A stretch of 64,000 nucleotides of DNA. Origin: Sphaerodactylus townsendi. Its lineage: Eukaryota. Under the pieces are notes generated by a model that worked only from the letters and a program-made list of their open reading frames with translations, did not search any database and was not told the DNA's origin. Both the position numbers and the translations under genes were made by a program. Below are positions 51,401 to 64,000 of the stretch, piece after piece (positions within the stretch are counted from its first letter, which is position 1; each line of letters begins with the position of its first letter). The stretch is taken from contig NC_059429.1 of NCBI RefSeq assembly GCF_021028975.2, positions 72,416,001-72,480,000 of the forward strand. The letters run 5' to 3'.

Positions 51401-51910
51401 TAATAGAATCATAGAGTTGAAAGAGACCATCCAGGGCCGTCCAGGCTGAATATACAATCAAAGCACTCCTGAGAGTTGGTCATCCAATCTCTGTTTAAAA
51501 GCCTCCAAAGAAGGAGACTCCACCACACTCCAAACCAGTGTATTCCAGTGCCCTCACTGTCAGGAATGTTTATGTGGAATCTCTTTTCCTGTACCTTAAA
51601 TCCATTACTCCTAGCCTCTGAAGCAGCAGAAAACAAGCTCTTCAAGATGTCATCCCTTCAGTTATTTAAACATGGCTATCATGTCCCCCCCTTTAACCTT
51701 CCCCTCTCCAGACTAAACATACCTGGCTCCCTAAGCCATTCCTCATGGGGCATGGAATTCAGTCCTTTTACCATTTTGGTCACCCTCCTCCTCACCCATT
51801 CCAGCTTGTTAATATCCTTCTTGAATTGCAGTGACCAGTGGACACAATATTCAAGGTGAAGTCTGGCTAATGCAGAATAGAGTGGTACAATTACTTCTCT
51901 TGATCTAGAC

Positions 51911-52096
51911 CAGTAGTTCTCAACCAGTCGGTCCTGACCCCTTTGGGGGTCGAACGACCCTTTCACAGGGGTCACCTAAGACTCTCTGCATCAGAGTTCT
52001 CCATCTATAAAATAGATAAATGTTAGGGTTGGGGGTCACCACAACATGAGGAACTGTATTAAAGGGTCGCAGCATTAGGAAGGTTGAGAACCACTG
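51911..52096. mobile_element. SPIN (Space Invaders)/URR1-like hAT MITE
   Basis: TIRs cagtRgttctcaacc; perfect TSD atctagac (51903-51910 and 52097-52104). Interior gacccctttgggggtcgaacgaccctttcacaggggtc and ggtcaccacaacatgaggaactgtattaaagggtcgc match the recalled SPIN/URR1 consensus. Confidence 0.9.
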
Positions 52097-52239
52097 ATCT
52101 AGACACTATACTCCTATTGATGCATCCCAGAATTGCATTGGCTTCCTTGGCTGCCACATCACTCATGACTCCTGTTCAGTTTGGGGTCTACTAAGAGTCC
52201 CAGATCCCTTTAGTATGTACTGTTGTCAAGCCAGGTGTC

Positions 52240-52469
52240 TGTAAGACTGAACACACTCAAACAAAGTCGACGCTGAGAAGAAACAAACTTTATTGAATTG
52301 TATTGCCCTAGCTACAGGGTGCTGGAACTGAGGGTACTTGCCCTCAGTTCCAGTATATGTAGGGTGGGCAGTGGGCGGTCCTGAATGGTGGCGGGAGTGA
52401 GGGAAAACGAAACTGAAACTTACTGGGAGTTACAAGACGTGAAACCTGGTCCTGACATCCCGCTCCCCT
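52240..52469 (-). mobile_element. Short Gypsy-like LTR with an adjacent polypurine tract, nested in CR1
   Basis: TGTAAGA...CCTGACA (52240-52457); reverse AATAAA at about 52289; PPT aggggagcggga on the minus strand at 52458-52469. Confidence 0.6.
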
Positions 52470-55400
52470 TAAGCCCCATCCTATATCTGTGCATTTTTTT
52501 CTGCCTAAGTGCTGTATTTTACATTTATCTCTGTTGAAATTCATTGTTTGTTTTGGCCCAGCTCTCTAATCTGGCCAGGTCATTTTGAATACTGAGTCTG
52601 TCCTCTGGGGTATTAGCTACCCCTCCTAATTTGATGATATCTGCAAATTTGATTAGCATGCCCTCTATTCCATCATCCAAGTCGTTGATAAAAATATTGA
52701 ATAGCATGGGGCCCAGGACAGAATCCTGTGGCATCCCACTAGTCACTCCTTTCCAGAATGAAGACGACCAGTCGGTGAGCACCCTTTGAGTCAGTCCACG
52801 AAGTGCAAATCCATCTAATAGTAGCATTGTCTAGCCCACATTTTACAAGCTTGCTTGCAAGAATATCATGGGGCACCTTGTCAAAGGCCTTACTGTAATT
52901 AAGATACGCTATATCCACAGCATTCCTATCATCTACCATCTAGTCTATCAAAAAAAGAGACTAGATTAGTCTTGTCTGATGTTCCTGGCAATACTTCCTG
53001 CAAAGCTAGTTGTTCAGCTCCACTATTCTTCTTTCCCTCTCTGGGATGTGTCCTTCAACTGGAAGTAGAAATGAAATGACAGCCTGTGCATCCAGATCCT
53101 TCAGCTTCCTTCTCAGAGACTCAAATCCCTTGTGATGTCCTGAAAGCTACATCTTGCAATGTTATTTGTTCCCAAATGGATCAAAGGGAAGAAATAATGG
53201 TCAGTGGGCTTGTCAAATCTTGTCAGCCTATCTGTAACATCATGGATTTTTGTCCTAGAGAGACAACACATCTCTTGAGACATCTTGTCAGGCCTGCAAA
53301 TCACTGCTTCTGTTCCTCTCAGCAGGGAGTCCTCTACCACCATCACGTGTCTGCTCTGGGGTTTTACAGGGGGCATTCCATGGGCTGAACCTTCTGCTAC
53401 TTGCACATTCTTCGAGGGCTGACTCTGTTGCTCCTGTGCCTGTTCCTTAACCTCACAGACAAGGGAGAGAACTTCAAATCGATTCTGTTGCTTCAAACTC
53501 ACAGAATGTTCCACAGTTCCTCTATATCTATGTGTCGCATTCCTCCAATTGCTTACCTCCTGTGTTTGAGAGCTGCCATCTCCTCAGAGAGATTCCTGGT
53601 GTGTTCCCCACCCAGTACCACCTGCTCCATTCTGTCCAGAAAATACTCATTCGGCTCAACATGGAGAGTTGATACATGTGCCTCAAGCTGCTGGACCTTT
53701 TCTTCCAAGAGAGCAACCAAATTGCATTTGCTGTAGGTATAACTACCCACATCCTCCAGCAAAAAAACCAAAACCACACAGCTTTTGCAGGTGACAGCTC
53801 CCTGACTATCCATAATTAGTAGTCTTAAATAGTCCAGAATCAGATCTATGGACCTCGCTTTCAAAAAGTCCCCTACTAAAATTCCTCACAAGAATGTGTG
53901 TTAGCCTTTCCTGTTTAGCTAAGTTCCTGTTCAGTGAGCTCCAGGGACTGGGACCTGGTGGTTGAAGCCTCCGCCCCCAGTCAAGTCTGTCCAATCAAGT
54001 TGGCAGCACTTTATACCAGCCAATATATATACCCCTTACAGAGGCGTTTCAGGGAGAAATCAGGGCTCTGGGTGCGCCCCCCCATGCATGGCCACGGCGC
54101 CCATCCAAGCTGCCCCCCTGCCTCCCTGCAGGCTGCCTCCTGCCCTCCCCAGGTCCTGCCCTGCCCCCAAGGGCTTGGGGAGGGCAGGAGGTGGCTTGGA
54201 CAGGTGCCGCAGCAGCAGGCCGGCTCTTTCTTTAGGCACCTCCCCCACGCTGACCCAGCTCTTCTAAGCTGGGTTGGTGTGAGGGAGGGGGCAATTTTGC
54301 ACCCCACCATTACACCCGGGGTCATTTGCCCCCCTGTCCCTGTCATTTGCCCCTGACCCCTTGCTAATTTTTAAAACACAATAAGTCAACATGATTGAAA
54401 TAGTGTAATTTTTCCCCTCCACAACTGATATCCAAATGGCTGTGGCATGTTCATAACATGCTTTCTGCATGACATTTAATGCAGAGCCAATTCTCCATCA
54501 TTCATTTAACCAGTATTGCTTGAACCAGACTCCTTTTGAGTTTCCCTGTGTGCTATCAATGCCAAAGTTTAAGAAAACAAGCTTTGGCATTTGTTTTAGA
54601 ATGAGGTGTCTAGAATGAGGTGAGATCATACAGGCTCTCCTTGAGTCAGGCACACCGGCTGCAGAACTCTGAAGACCAGTACTAAGAGGTAGTATCAAAA
54701 TAAGGTCTTGGCCTCTATGCCCTGTTTGTTGGCATTCCAGATTTACTGATTGGCTGCTGTGTAAAACAAGATTCTGGACTGGGTGAACCACTGACCTTAT
54801 GTTCTTCTTATGTTCTTATGAATCATCTTTTAGTAACTTACCTTCTCATCCAGACTCAGTAGTGGATTCATTTTTCAAATGATATCTCAATTCCAGGACT
54901 ATACATCCAATCATACACCTAGCAAGGAATATCAAGATATACACATTCATTTCTCAGAACGTTAGATAAATATTCTAGTAAACTGGAGTATTTTAATGAA
55001 GAGAAGAACTGTCGGTCTGATAAGTGGTTCCATACCAGTCAATTGTGGCATGATTTTCGTTAGACATGGACACAGTTATCAGTTATCCGGGTAGCTCCAA
55101 TGTCAGTAACAACCCTCAGTTCTCCTATTCTTTCTCTTACATGTCTGATTTTCCTATGAGCCAATGTGACTTTTTTCTATCATTGTGTAATAAAAGTGCA
55201 AGTTCTATGGTGTGCATCGTTTTTCACTACTATACTGGCTGATTCTTCCTATACATTACAAAATCCTAGCCAGTTATTTGTTACCTTTCAGCCCTGCAGC
55301 AACAGCTGCCAGCCGTTGATTTAAAAAATAAAATCCATGACACCCTAATGCTGTTAAGAATTTGTTCCATTTCTCTATATGTGGCTTCTCAAGGGGAAAA

Positions 55401-57200
55401 ATTGAATCTGAGAGGCAGAAGTTGGAGCTTCTAATTGACTGAGATGAAGCTGTGTTCCTATCTTATGAGGAAGGGATTGTACAAGTTGCTACCTGATGCA
55501 GGGATAGTGCACTTGGTGCTTAAAAGTGTGGGGACAGCAGAGTGGTGAGGTGGTGCCGTGAAGCAGCAGCAAATATTGGCTCACTCTTTTTTTAAAAAAG
55601 TAATGAATGAATAACTGCTAATGTCACTGAATAATAGGAGGAAGCAGAGTTATTGGCCCATTATGCATGGAATGCTGACCTCAGGACTCTTCACTGCACA
55701 GTGGGGTTGCAGTGAGATCTCCTAACATTTCTCTACACAGGAGGCACCCCACTGCCTGCAGCGTGGCTTGCCTGCTGAACTCTCCCAGGTCTCTGCTTTT
55801 CCTAGTTCTCTTAACTCTGCCCATCAACTCAGTCTTAAAAACATAGTTCTCACCACACCTGTAGTCACAAGATTGCTGGCTTGTTTAAAGCAATTTAAAT
55901 TGCTGTTATGTCTCACATTGTAAGTCTCCTTTTCCAAAAATAACTCCCCCCAATCCAAGGAAAGAGTGTGCACCCCTTGGACCACACCTCTCTAGTTGTA
56001 CAAGAAAGAGACCATCTCCTAGAATTTATATTCTCCTCCCCCGCCCCGCCCCCCCCCCCGCCCCGCCCCGCCCCACCCCCCGCCCCCCCCACACACATTT
56101 CCTGTTGCTGCTTTCGTGGGAGGAGAGAGAGGCTTGTTATTTCAATATTCCTTGGTATTTCAATGTTCCTGTATTAGAACTATCATTATTTTGAAAGATC
56201 TAATATAGTACAAATGCTTGAAGTTGCAATAAAGTTTTACAAAGCCCTCCAGATCATTGGGGAGGGCAGAAGTAGAACGAGGAGGTGGGGTAGAGCCAAA
56301 AAACCCAAAGCAAAGAATAATGTGAGGCCATTTCTTTCATCTTCCATGTGAAGCAGGAGAAAAGGTTGCTCTTTGCCCGCTGTCACAAACACCAGAGACT
56401 ATGGGATCTGCCGCACAGTGACTGTGAGAAGAGGGAAAGGTGTCTGTAACAGAAGCTCTGCCCCCCAAAAAATCTCCCTTTAGCACGGGGCAAAGTATCA
56501 GTATATAATTCGTGATTATCAGAATAGAACCATTCCCTTGTGTGACAAATAAAATCCAGGAGGTGAATTATTGTGGTGACACAACACCTACTACTCTGTG
56601 GATTCTCTGTAGTAATTCCATGAGCAACTGAATGCAAAAAGGAGCAACTCAACAATGCAAAAAGATGATATTCTTTACAGGTTATAGCTTGTTTCTTAAA
56701 ATTCCTCCTGGACTACCAGGAAAGCATAAATTTGTATCTTCCTGAAAAAAGAGTTTTGGTACAGAATGTTTTTCATTATTCTACAGCACATACGAGCAGA
56801 TGAGCTATTCTTGGTGGCCACTCTATTTCCCAAGCAGCATCCTGAAGGCCACAAAATGAATTTTGTCTCACAAGCCAAATCATTTGCAAATGTAATGGAG
56901 CTGGTGCCAGGTGATGTAACACAGCAAGAGTGTCCAGGTGATGTAAACACATCCACTTTTGCAAGATGTAAACATCACTGGTGGTACTGAGGCATAAATG
57001 CACTGCAAAGAGTTTCCTCAAGAAGCCAGTTTACACTGGTCCTTTACCTTTCTAGAGAACACACATCTAGAGATACCAGGGCAATAAAATTTGTATAAAA
57101 TTCACACTGGGTTTTATTGCTTCGCCATGTAGCTATCACTCAAGATGTTACATCAAATCCCAAAGATAAATGACACAAAAAAAGTGTGGAATATGTCTGT

Positions 57201-57289
57201 GGTGGAACAGGCCTGCTTTGACTTGCAGGCCTTATTCCATTTAGCCCACTCAGATTAGGGCGTGCAAGTCAAAGCAGGCCTGTTCCACC
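57201..57289. repeat. Perfect 27-bp inverted repeat (hairpin)
   Basis: ggtggaacaggcctgctttgacttgca (57201-57227) and its exact reverse complement (57263-57289). Confidence 0.95.
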
Positions 57290-57334
57290 CCAATAACATT
57301 GTCCCAAAACTTTTAAAATATTAATTTTGCTAAT

Positions 57335-58862
57335 GAACATAAGAACATAAGAACATAAGAACATAGGAACAAGCCAGCTGGATCAGACCAGAATCCATCT
57401 AGTCCAGCTCTTCAAGTTACCAGCAGTGGCCCACCAGGTGCCTTTGGGAGCTCACATGCAGGGTGTGAAAGCAATGGCCTTCTGCGGCTGTTGCTCCCAA
57501 GATCCTGGACTGTTAAGGCATTTGCAATCTCAGATCAAAGAGGATCAACATTGGTAGCCATAAATCGACTTCTCCATAAATCTGTCAGCATATTCCAAAG
57601 CATATTCTTCTCCTCCATAAATCTGGCAGCATATTCCAAACACCAATCACACGTTGCGTGAAGAAGTGTTTCCTTTTATTAGTCCTAATTCTTCCCCCCT
57701 GCATTTTCAATGGATGCCCTTGGTTCTAGTATTGTGAGAAAGAGAGAAAAAAATTTCTCTCCACAACATTTTCTACTTCATACACCTAATTTTAGAGACT
57801 TCAATCTTATCCCCCCTCAGACGCCTTCTCTCCAAACTAAAGAGTCTCCCAACGTGGCTGCAGCCCTCTCCTAGCAAGGGAAGGTGCTCCAGTCCCTCAA
57901 CTTCATCCTTGTTGCTGGGTTCTTCTCTGCACTTTTTCTATCTCCTCTACATCCTTTTTGAGATGTGCGACTAGAACTGAACATAAAGTACTCCAAATGC
58001 AGTCGCAAATAATTGCTTTATATAAGGAGCATGGATAATCTTTGCAGTTTTATTCCTCAGTTCCTTTCCTAACTATCCCCAGTATAGAGTTTGCCTTTTT
58101 CACAGCTGTCTATGCATTGAGTTGGATATCCCATGGAACTATCAAACTAAGACGTCCAAATCCCTCTCCTGGTCTGTGACTGATAGCACTGACCCCTGTG
58201 AAGCGTGCATGTGAAGTTTGGATTTTTTGCCCCTATGTGCATCACTTTACATTTTGCTACATTGAACTGTAGACATTTGCCATTTCTGAAATCCACTCCA
58301 CCTAATTTATCAAGGTCCGCTTGGAGCTCTTCGCAACCTTTTGTGGTTCCTCACCATACTGGTAATTTGGTATCATCTGCAAACTCTCATACCTACGGCC
58401 ATCCAATTTCTACTTCAAGGTCATTTATGAATAGGTTAAAAGAGCACTGGTCCCAAAACGCATCCTTTGGGGACACCACTCCTTAAGAATTTCCATTGTG
58501 AGAATTTCCCATTTACACCCATCACTCTTTTGCTTCCTGTTTCAAACTTCAGTTTCTTAATCCATAGGATACTCTCCCCTCTTATTCCCTTTGATTGCTG
58601 AGTTTTCTCAATAGTCTCTGGTGGAGGGAAATCTGTCAAAAGCCTTTTGGAAAACCTAAGTAGACAATGTCCACCGGGTTCCACTCTCGTCCACATGTCA
58701 CTTTACACCCTCAAAGAACTCTAGTAAGTTTGTAAGACAGGATTTGCCTCTGCAAAAGCCATGCTGACTCTTTCTCAGCAGGTCTTGCTTTTCTACATGT
58801 TTTATAATTTTATCTTTAATTATAGATTCTACTAATTTACAAGGGACAGATGTCAAACTGCA
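57335..58862 (-). mobile_element. 5'-truncated CR1 LINE (same family as 13684-14918) with many indels
   Basis: (ataagaac)n tail; RT motifs SLTSVPCKLVE, QHGFCRGKSCLTNLLEFFE and GVPKGCVLGPVLF. Confidence 0.95.
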
Positions 58863-59251
58863 AGCAATAGTTTTACCAAATCTCAATTAAAATCTGCTAG
58901 AGTTGCAGGGAGAGAACCATTTAAAAACATTTCATTGACTGGTCACCGGTTGACCATCTAGATTATAAATAAAGCTTAGAAATTGTTGGGCAATATAAAC
59001 AGGGTATGTTTTTAGCAAAGAAGGGAAGCAATGAGACAAACTTGTGCTGCTCCAAATCGAATGAACTCTTGAGCTTTGCCTGAAGCAGCTGGTTTGGACC
59101 TTTGGTCATGGAAATCAGAATATACAACTGCAACGGACCCCCGCTCAAGCTTCTACCACACCAAGACAGGGAAAACACTCACTCTGATTTTTCCCGCCTT
59201 TTCACTCCAGGGTCTGAGGTGCCTCTAATAGAAAGTGCTTTCTCTCAACCC

Positions 59252-60402
59252 TGTTGTCATACACCAGAAGGTGAAGGATGCCCGTTAACTTTTATTTTCC
59301 TTTTTCCCTCTCAGTCACTCCCCACACTTGGCACACTAAAATAAATATACTGAAGCAGATTTAAACTTAAACAAGAACACTGATTTATTTAACAGGCAGA
59401 GGAGATGGTGAAGGGAAGGATTTTAAAACTTAGATGGTAAATTTATCATCTAAGATAGATGATTTCAGCAGGGGCGGAGTGAGGGGGAACTACGCCCAGG
59501 GCACATGTACCCAGTATCCCGTGCCCCTGCCATCATGGCCCCACTGCATCATGCGCCCCCCCGGTTGGCACTATGCCATTGGGTTGCAGCAAACAAGGCA
59601 GGAGACAAGAGAGAATATAGTTATACTATCCCAAGACACCTTGGCACATAGACTTATAGTTTTGGTTTTCTTTAGCACAGCACTTAAGATTACTTACATG
59701 GTAGTTTCAGAGATACGTATTTCATAAGATGTTTTACAGCTTGTACAGTTCCTTTGTTTAAATGTTCTGGCTTATGGATACTACTTTCAAGGTCCTAACA
59801 TAGGCTAGGTACACTCGCTTATTATCTACACACATAGCCTTCCAAGTTAGATAAAACCCTCAAATCAAATCAAAACATAAACTCTTACTGAGGCAAACTT
59901 GAAGCAAATCCGTACACCCCAAACTGATATATTAGAACTCTCCTCTCTCTAGGAGGTCCTTATTCTGGTTTATTAAGCCTTCGCCTGGCCTTCAATAAGC
60001 CCTGCCAAAATATACTGTCTGTGTATGATTGCTTAAACTCAGCATTCAGGCTGATAACCAGTAAAATCAATCACACTGTTGGCTGATCTACTGTCTTCAG
60101 AATTTTGTTTTCTCACACAGTTAAGACAGGCAGCACCAAAAAGTCACTCACAAAGAACTTCTAGTTCTTGTGCTTCCATGATCTTTCTCTGACTAAAATC
60201 TTACAGTTCCCTTGACAGAGAGAGCTAAACTCTCCCTCTCTGCATCTCCTTATTACTTGCCCAATCAGAGTGCAGGAGGCCACAGCCAATCCCGTGACTT
60301 TTCCTGTTCCTAAGCCTCTCCTGCTCCACTCTGAAAGTAAACCGTAAGTTTGCTTTAACAGAATTGCATTTTGAAATCAGCTTTTCCATGCAATCTGTCA
60401 CA
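59252..60402 (-). mobile_element. Solo LTR with a small GC-rich insertion at about 59467-59585
   Basis: TG...TGTCACA ends; reverse AATAAA at about 59384; homologous to 24525-25610. Confidence 0.55.
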
Positions 60403-62399
60403 ACCACCACCACATTACTTTTGTTTATTCTTTATATTATATTAAGGCTCCCCAATGTGGTGCCTATAGGCATCATGGTGTCTGCTAATATCTTACCTAC
60501 ACCTGCCAAGAGTTTTTAGGAAGTGTTTGCATCCAGGTGTGGCTCCTACTTAGCATGGCATCTGTTTGGCCATTGAAGTTCAGCTTAGCTGTGCAGATTA
60601 AAATGTTGTTTTGGTGGCAGCTGCAACCACAGCGCTGGTTTTATTCTGCCTCTCACTCCTCTTTCCTAGTGTGTTATTTAAATTACACCTCTTCATTACA
60701 CTTGAACTGTTCTATGTGTGTGTTTGTGTGTCTCCACTTCCTGTGGCCATCATTCTGTGATTGTATCCACCACCCTGTATCAAGATTCCAAAGATTCCTA
60801 CAAACTCTAAAGGTTTGGAGACCCCTGGTTTATATAGTGGCAGCAGTGTGGCAGGAGCCATACAGAATATGGATGGCCAACCTGAGACTACAGGGCAAAT
60901 GTTAAATTGCTCAGACAAAGATGAGAAGGGAGAGTGGGAAAGAGGGGGCATATGACCCAGGTGCCACTTTCTAATGTCATATGGGAGTCCCAGAAAAGTT
61001 TGAAGAAAAGTTTGTTGAATCTTTTTGTGGGGGTGGAGCAGTTCAGCAGGGGGGCAAGGAGTTTGGCTGGGGGCTGGGGGGCGCAGTTTTGTAAAGGAAC
61101 ATCACTGGGAGCAATTGCAGTTAAAGCTCAGTTGGTCAGGAAAGATTGGTTACCTTAGAGATAAGATTTCAGATGGGACTTAGAGCAGGAGAAGGCCACT
61201 AATTGACAAACAGGAGATGGCGGTATTCAATTGCAAGGACTAGTAGCATGAAGATGGGTTTGGGAGAAGGAGATAACAGACAGTTGCCCATGGAGGAAGT
61301 TACCTCAAGGAGCTACAAAAGGAAACAAGGAATGAGATTTAGAGCTGGAGCCACACATCACTGTTGCCATCTAATGGCCTCCTTCTTCTGAGGTATTCTT
61401 TCCCTGGCAATAGGTGGGAGGGAAGGCCAGCTGTAAGAATACTTGCTGTGCACAGTATGGTCCTAAATTGTGACTATGTGACTTTCCCTGAGTCTATGAG
61501 AAATTATGATATTTATTCTGGTCTAATTCCACAGTTTATAATTTTGTTGGCTTGTCTTTCTCCCTTGCTCTGCTAGCACTTCTGACTTGGCACATCTTCA
61601 TTCATTTATGCTGCCTGTTTGCATTCAACTACAAACCGGATTATATTTGCTAACGCTATGTGTATAAAGGAATGACTGCAGAGGGCAAGGCTGAAGATTC
61701 CAAACATTGTGGTGGATTTAATGAACCTTTGTCAACCACAATGAAAAGATCTTGTGAATGCCTCCCAAAATTCCCAGTTGAATGTTTTTACAAGTTATGA
61801 TAGTGTCCCTGAGCACTCCTGGTTCTTCCACCTCTGAATTCTTGGGATGCATGCCACTGTTGACCACTCCTCTCACAGAGACAAGTTGCAAATTCTCTCT
61901 CTTTTTTGTTTGGCAAAGCCTGTATTCAACTGTCACCGTACTGCACACATCCCGCATTTCAGCTTAGCTCATATTGCCTATAGCAGAGCTCAGCCTCTTC
62001 TGCTTCCAGACTCCCAGACTCAGGGGAAGAAACAAGTAAACTCTGTACTGAATTGGAATGGGCTCTCCAGATCACAGTGCAGCTTGGCAACAAACCTTTG
62101 CTGCCAGTTTCCGATGGTAGAAATATAACTTCCCTTTCCTTGATAAACCACACAGAATGCAATATATTTTGGATGTTCTGCCAGCCTATAACCCTTCCAC
62201 TTCTAGGATCTATTGTGTGAGTCTGTGTTGTTCTGATATTCAAAGTGTAGTGGCCTCTGCATTTGGTTTCCAGGGTCTCTGATTCAACATACTGTTTACC
62301 AAGGATATAGTCCTTGGACCATTGTGGGCCACTTGGCACATTACAGGAAAAAATGGAGACCTGTGTTTTGCAAGGCATTCCTTTGTTGCAGCAGTTCTA

Positions 62400-63476
62400 G
62401 TCAGCCAGTCTCAAAAAAGGATGTTGCAGAACAGGACAAAGTACAAAGCAATATGCAACTTTCTTGTCAGGAAAGGCTGGAGAGTCAGGATTTTTCAATT
62501 TAGAAAAGAAACAATTAAAGTGAGACATTATGGAGATTTATAAAATGATGCATGGAGTAGAGAAAGTGAATAGAGGGCGCTTTTTCTCCCCTCTCACGTG
62601 ATACCAGAAATAGTTCTCACCCAATGAAATTGTTAGGAAATATGTTTAGATAAAAGGCAACAGTTCTTACTTCATGAGTATTTATATTCACTGCCAGGGG
62701 AAGTAGAGATGACCATCTAGTTTCCTAGGCCAAGCTTCCGCACGAATCGCGAGGGCGGCCCATCGGCGTACTTGATGCCGTGACTGACGACAGCTTAGGA
62801 CCGTCTCAAGCGCTGGACGGGTCCTGGAAAGAGCCAGGCAGCCGGCAACACGGAGTGCCGGCACCCGGCCGACCCAGCGTGTCCCCGGGCCTCCGGCACG
62901 TCGCCAAAGCCTGGGGACATGCCCCCCTGGCCCTGCGCGCCTGTTCCAGCGGCACAGGCGAGGGGGGCGTGTCCCCAGGCCTTGGCGACGCGCCGGAGGC
63001 CCAGGGACAAGGTAAGTGCCAGGAGGGAGTGGGGGGGAGGCGTTCGCCGGGCAGCGAAAGCTAAGGCTGGGCGCGCTTCCCCAACAAGAGCGCTTCTGAG
63101 CTCTCTGGGGAAACGCCAGCTTCGCGGCTGTCGGGCGGCGCGAGGGCGGCGCGGCTGCGATGCAGCTGCGCCCCCTGTGCGAATGGCAGCCTGGGGGCGG
63201 CGTTTTTGCCGTCCCCAGGCCGCCATATTCCACCCGTGCGGAAATGGCCATAGATGGCTTTAAAAGGGGGCTAGACAGATTAATAGAAGAGAAGTTCCTC
63301 TATGGCTACTAATGGTGACTGAAGAGAGTCTTTATATACAGAGGTGGCAGCAGGAAAGGACCTTGGTCTCTATGCCTGGTTTTCCCTTCAGGTCAACAGG
63401 TTGGCCACTGTATGAAACAGGTGCTGAACTGAATGGACCACTAGTCAGATCAGCAGGATCTTTTTATGTTCTTATG
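62400..63476 (+). mobile_element. Older CR1 3' fragment interrupted by a Harbinger MITE
   Basis: Decayed RT C-terminus (tttagaaaaga...tataaaatgatgcatggagtagagaaagtg) and ttatgttcttatg tail. A related tail lies at about 54700-54820. Confidence 0.7.
62728..63249. mobile_element. GC/CpG-rich PIF/Harbinger non-autonomous element
   Basis: TIRs ggccaagcttccgcacg and cgtgcggaaatggcc; 3-bp flanks cta/ata; internal inverted repeat at about 62877-63010; splits a CR1 fragment. Confidence 0.8.
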
Positions 63477-64000
63477 GTCTTAAAACTCACAGAAAACATG
63501 TGACTGGAAGCCTTAACCAGGTGTATTTACTGTGTCCTTCAAACAATATTGAAAAGATGCAGCGCCTTATCTGCCACAACACAGGTAGCAACTGTTAAAA
63601 AGTAAATATACTTAGGGTCATGGTGCAAGATTGCAAGCAAAATTGTCTGTCTCTCACCTAACACGCACACTTAATTTTTACAATATTGACTCCCTATACA
63701 AGGCTGGCTGGTAATGCCAAGAGAGAAGCTGGTAGGTTAGGAACCTGGTAAATTAGGGGCAAAGTCTTGGCAGGTCAGGCTTCCAACTTTTTGGAGACAT
63801 CAAAGTTGCCTCTTCCATGGGTAATAGCAGGACAATCATAACAGAGGAGAAGCTGGAAGTGGTGCAAGGGCTTGCAAATGGAGTTGGGTCATCATTATGA
63901 TACAGCATGGTATGTATACTGTTAAAGTGGGGCTGGCTTAATTTCCCAAAGGAAAATTAAAAGGGAGAGGATTTGTGTCTATGAGCAATCCCTTTCTGGG

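Larger units (their letters stand above)
51403..54010 (-). mobile_element. Internally deleted, near full-length CR1 LINE (second family): 5' region, ORF1, RT and 3' tail, with two nested insertions
   Basis: ORF1: MDSQGAVTCKSC...LLEEKVQQLEAHVSTL and esterase-like DSLLRGTE...IHLGTNN (53100-53815). RT: [42 protein letters not shown]. Tail tagaatcatagag at 51403. Confidence 0.9.

Noticed and set aside
56038-56090. GC-box cluster as a promoter
   Set aside because: A simple C-rich low-complexity run with no surrounding CpG island.
56776-57021. EWPPR motif suggesting a Tc1/mariner transposase
   Set aside because: The flanking SPDL and DD34D motifs are absent; a five-residue match is not sufficient.
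62688-63263. CpG island and long GC-rich ORFs as a gene start
   Set aside because: Bounded by TIRs and inserted into a CR1 fragment; the ORFs reflect GC richness.
40507-64000. Next expected exons (p55 first exon MYNTVW...; ALPPKP...AEWYWG)
   Set aside because: Searched by eye and not found; presumably beyond the window.

Overview
Vertebrate genomic DNA, most likely from a squamate and probably a gecko, judging by the Squam3-type tRNA SINE and the CR1, Rex1, L2, hAT, Harbinger and Helitron repeats. The whole window lies inside one plus-strand host gene. Three in-frame coding exons (6450-6581, 39756-39957, 40424-40506) splice to give about 139 aa of the BH/RhoGAP domain of a class IA PI3K p85-type regulatory subunit. 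Exon sizes and phases match PIK3R1, but the protein is too divergent to be PIK3R1. It is most plausibly a long, BH-containing form of PIK3R3 or another p85 paralogue absent from mammals. The rest is intron (33.2 kb, 0.47 kb and >23 kb) packed with transposons, many of them nested: CR1, Rex1 and L2 LINEs, solo LTRs, SPIN- and OC1-like hAT MITEs, Harbinger MITEs, Helitrons and SINEs. No prokaryotic features, CRISPR arrays, rRNA or tRNA genes were found. Most ORFs in the supplied track are spurious or transposon-derived. Family names come from recalled consensus sequences, not database searches.
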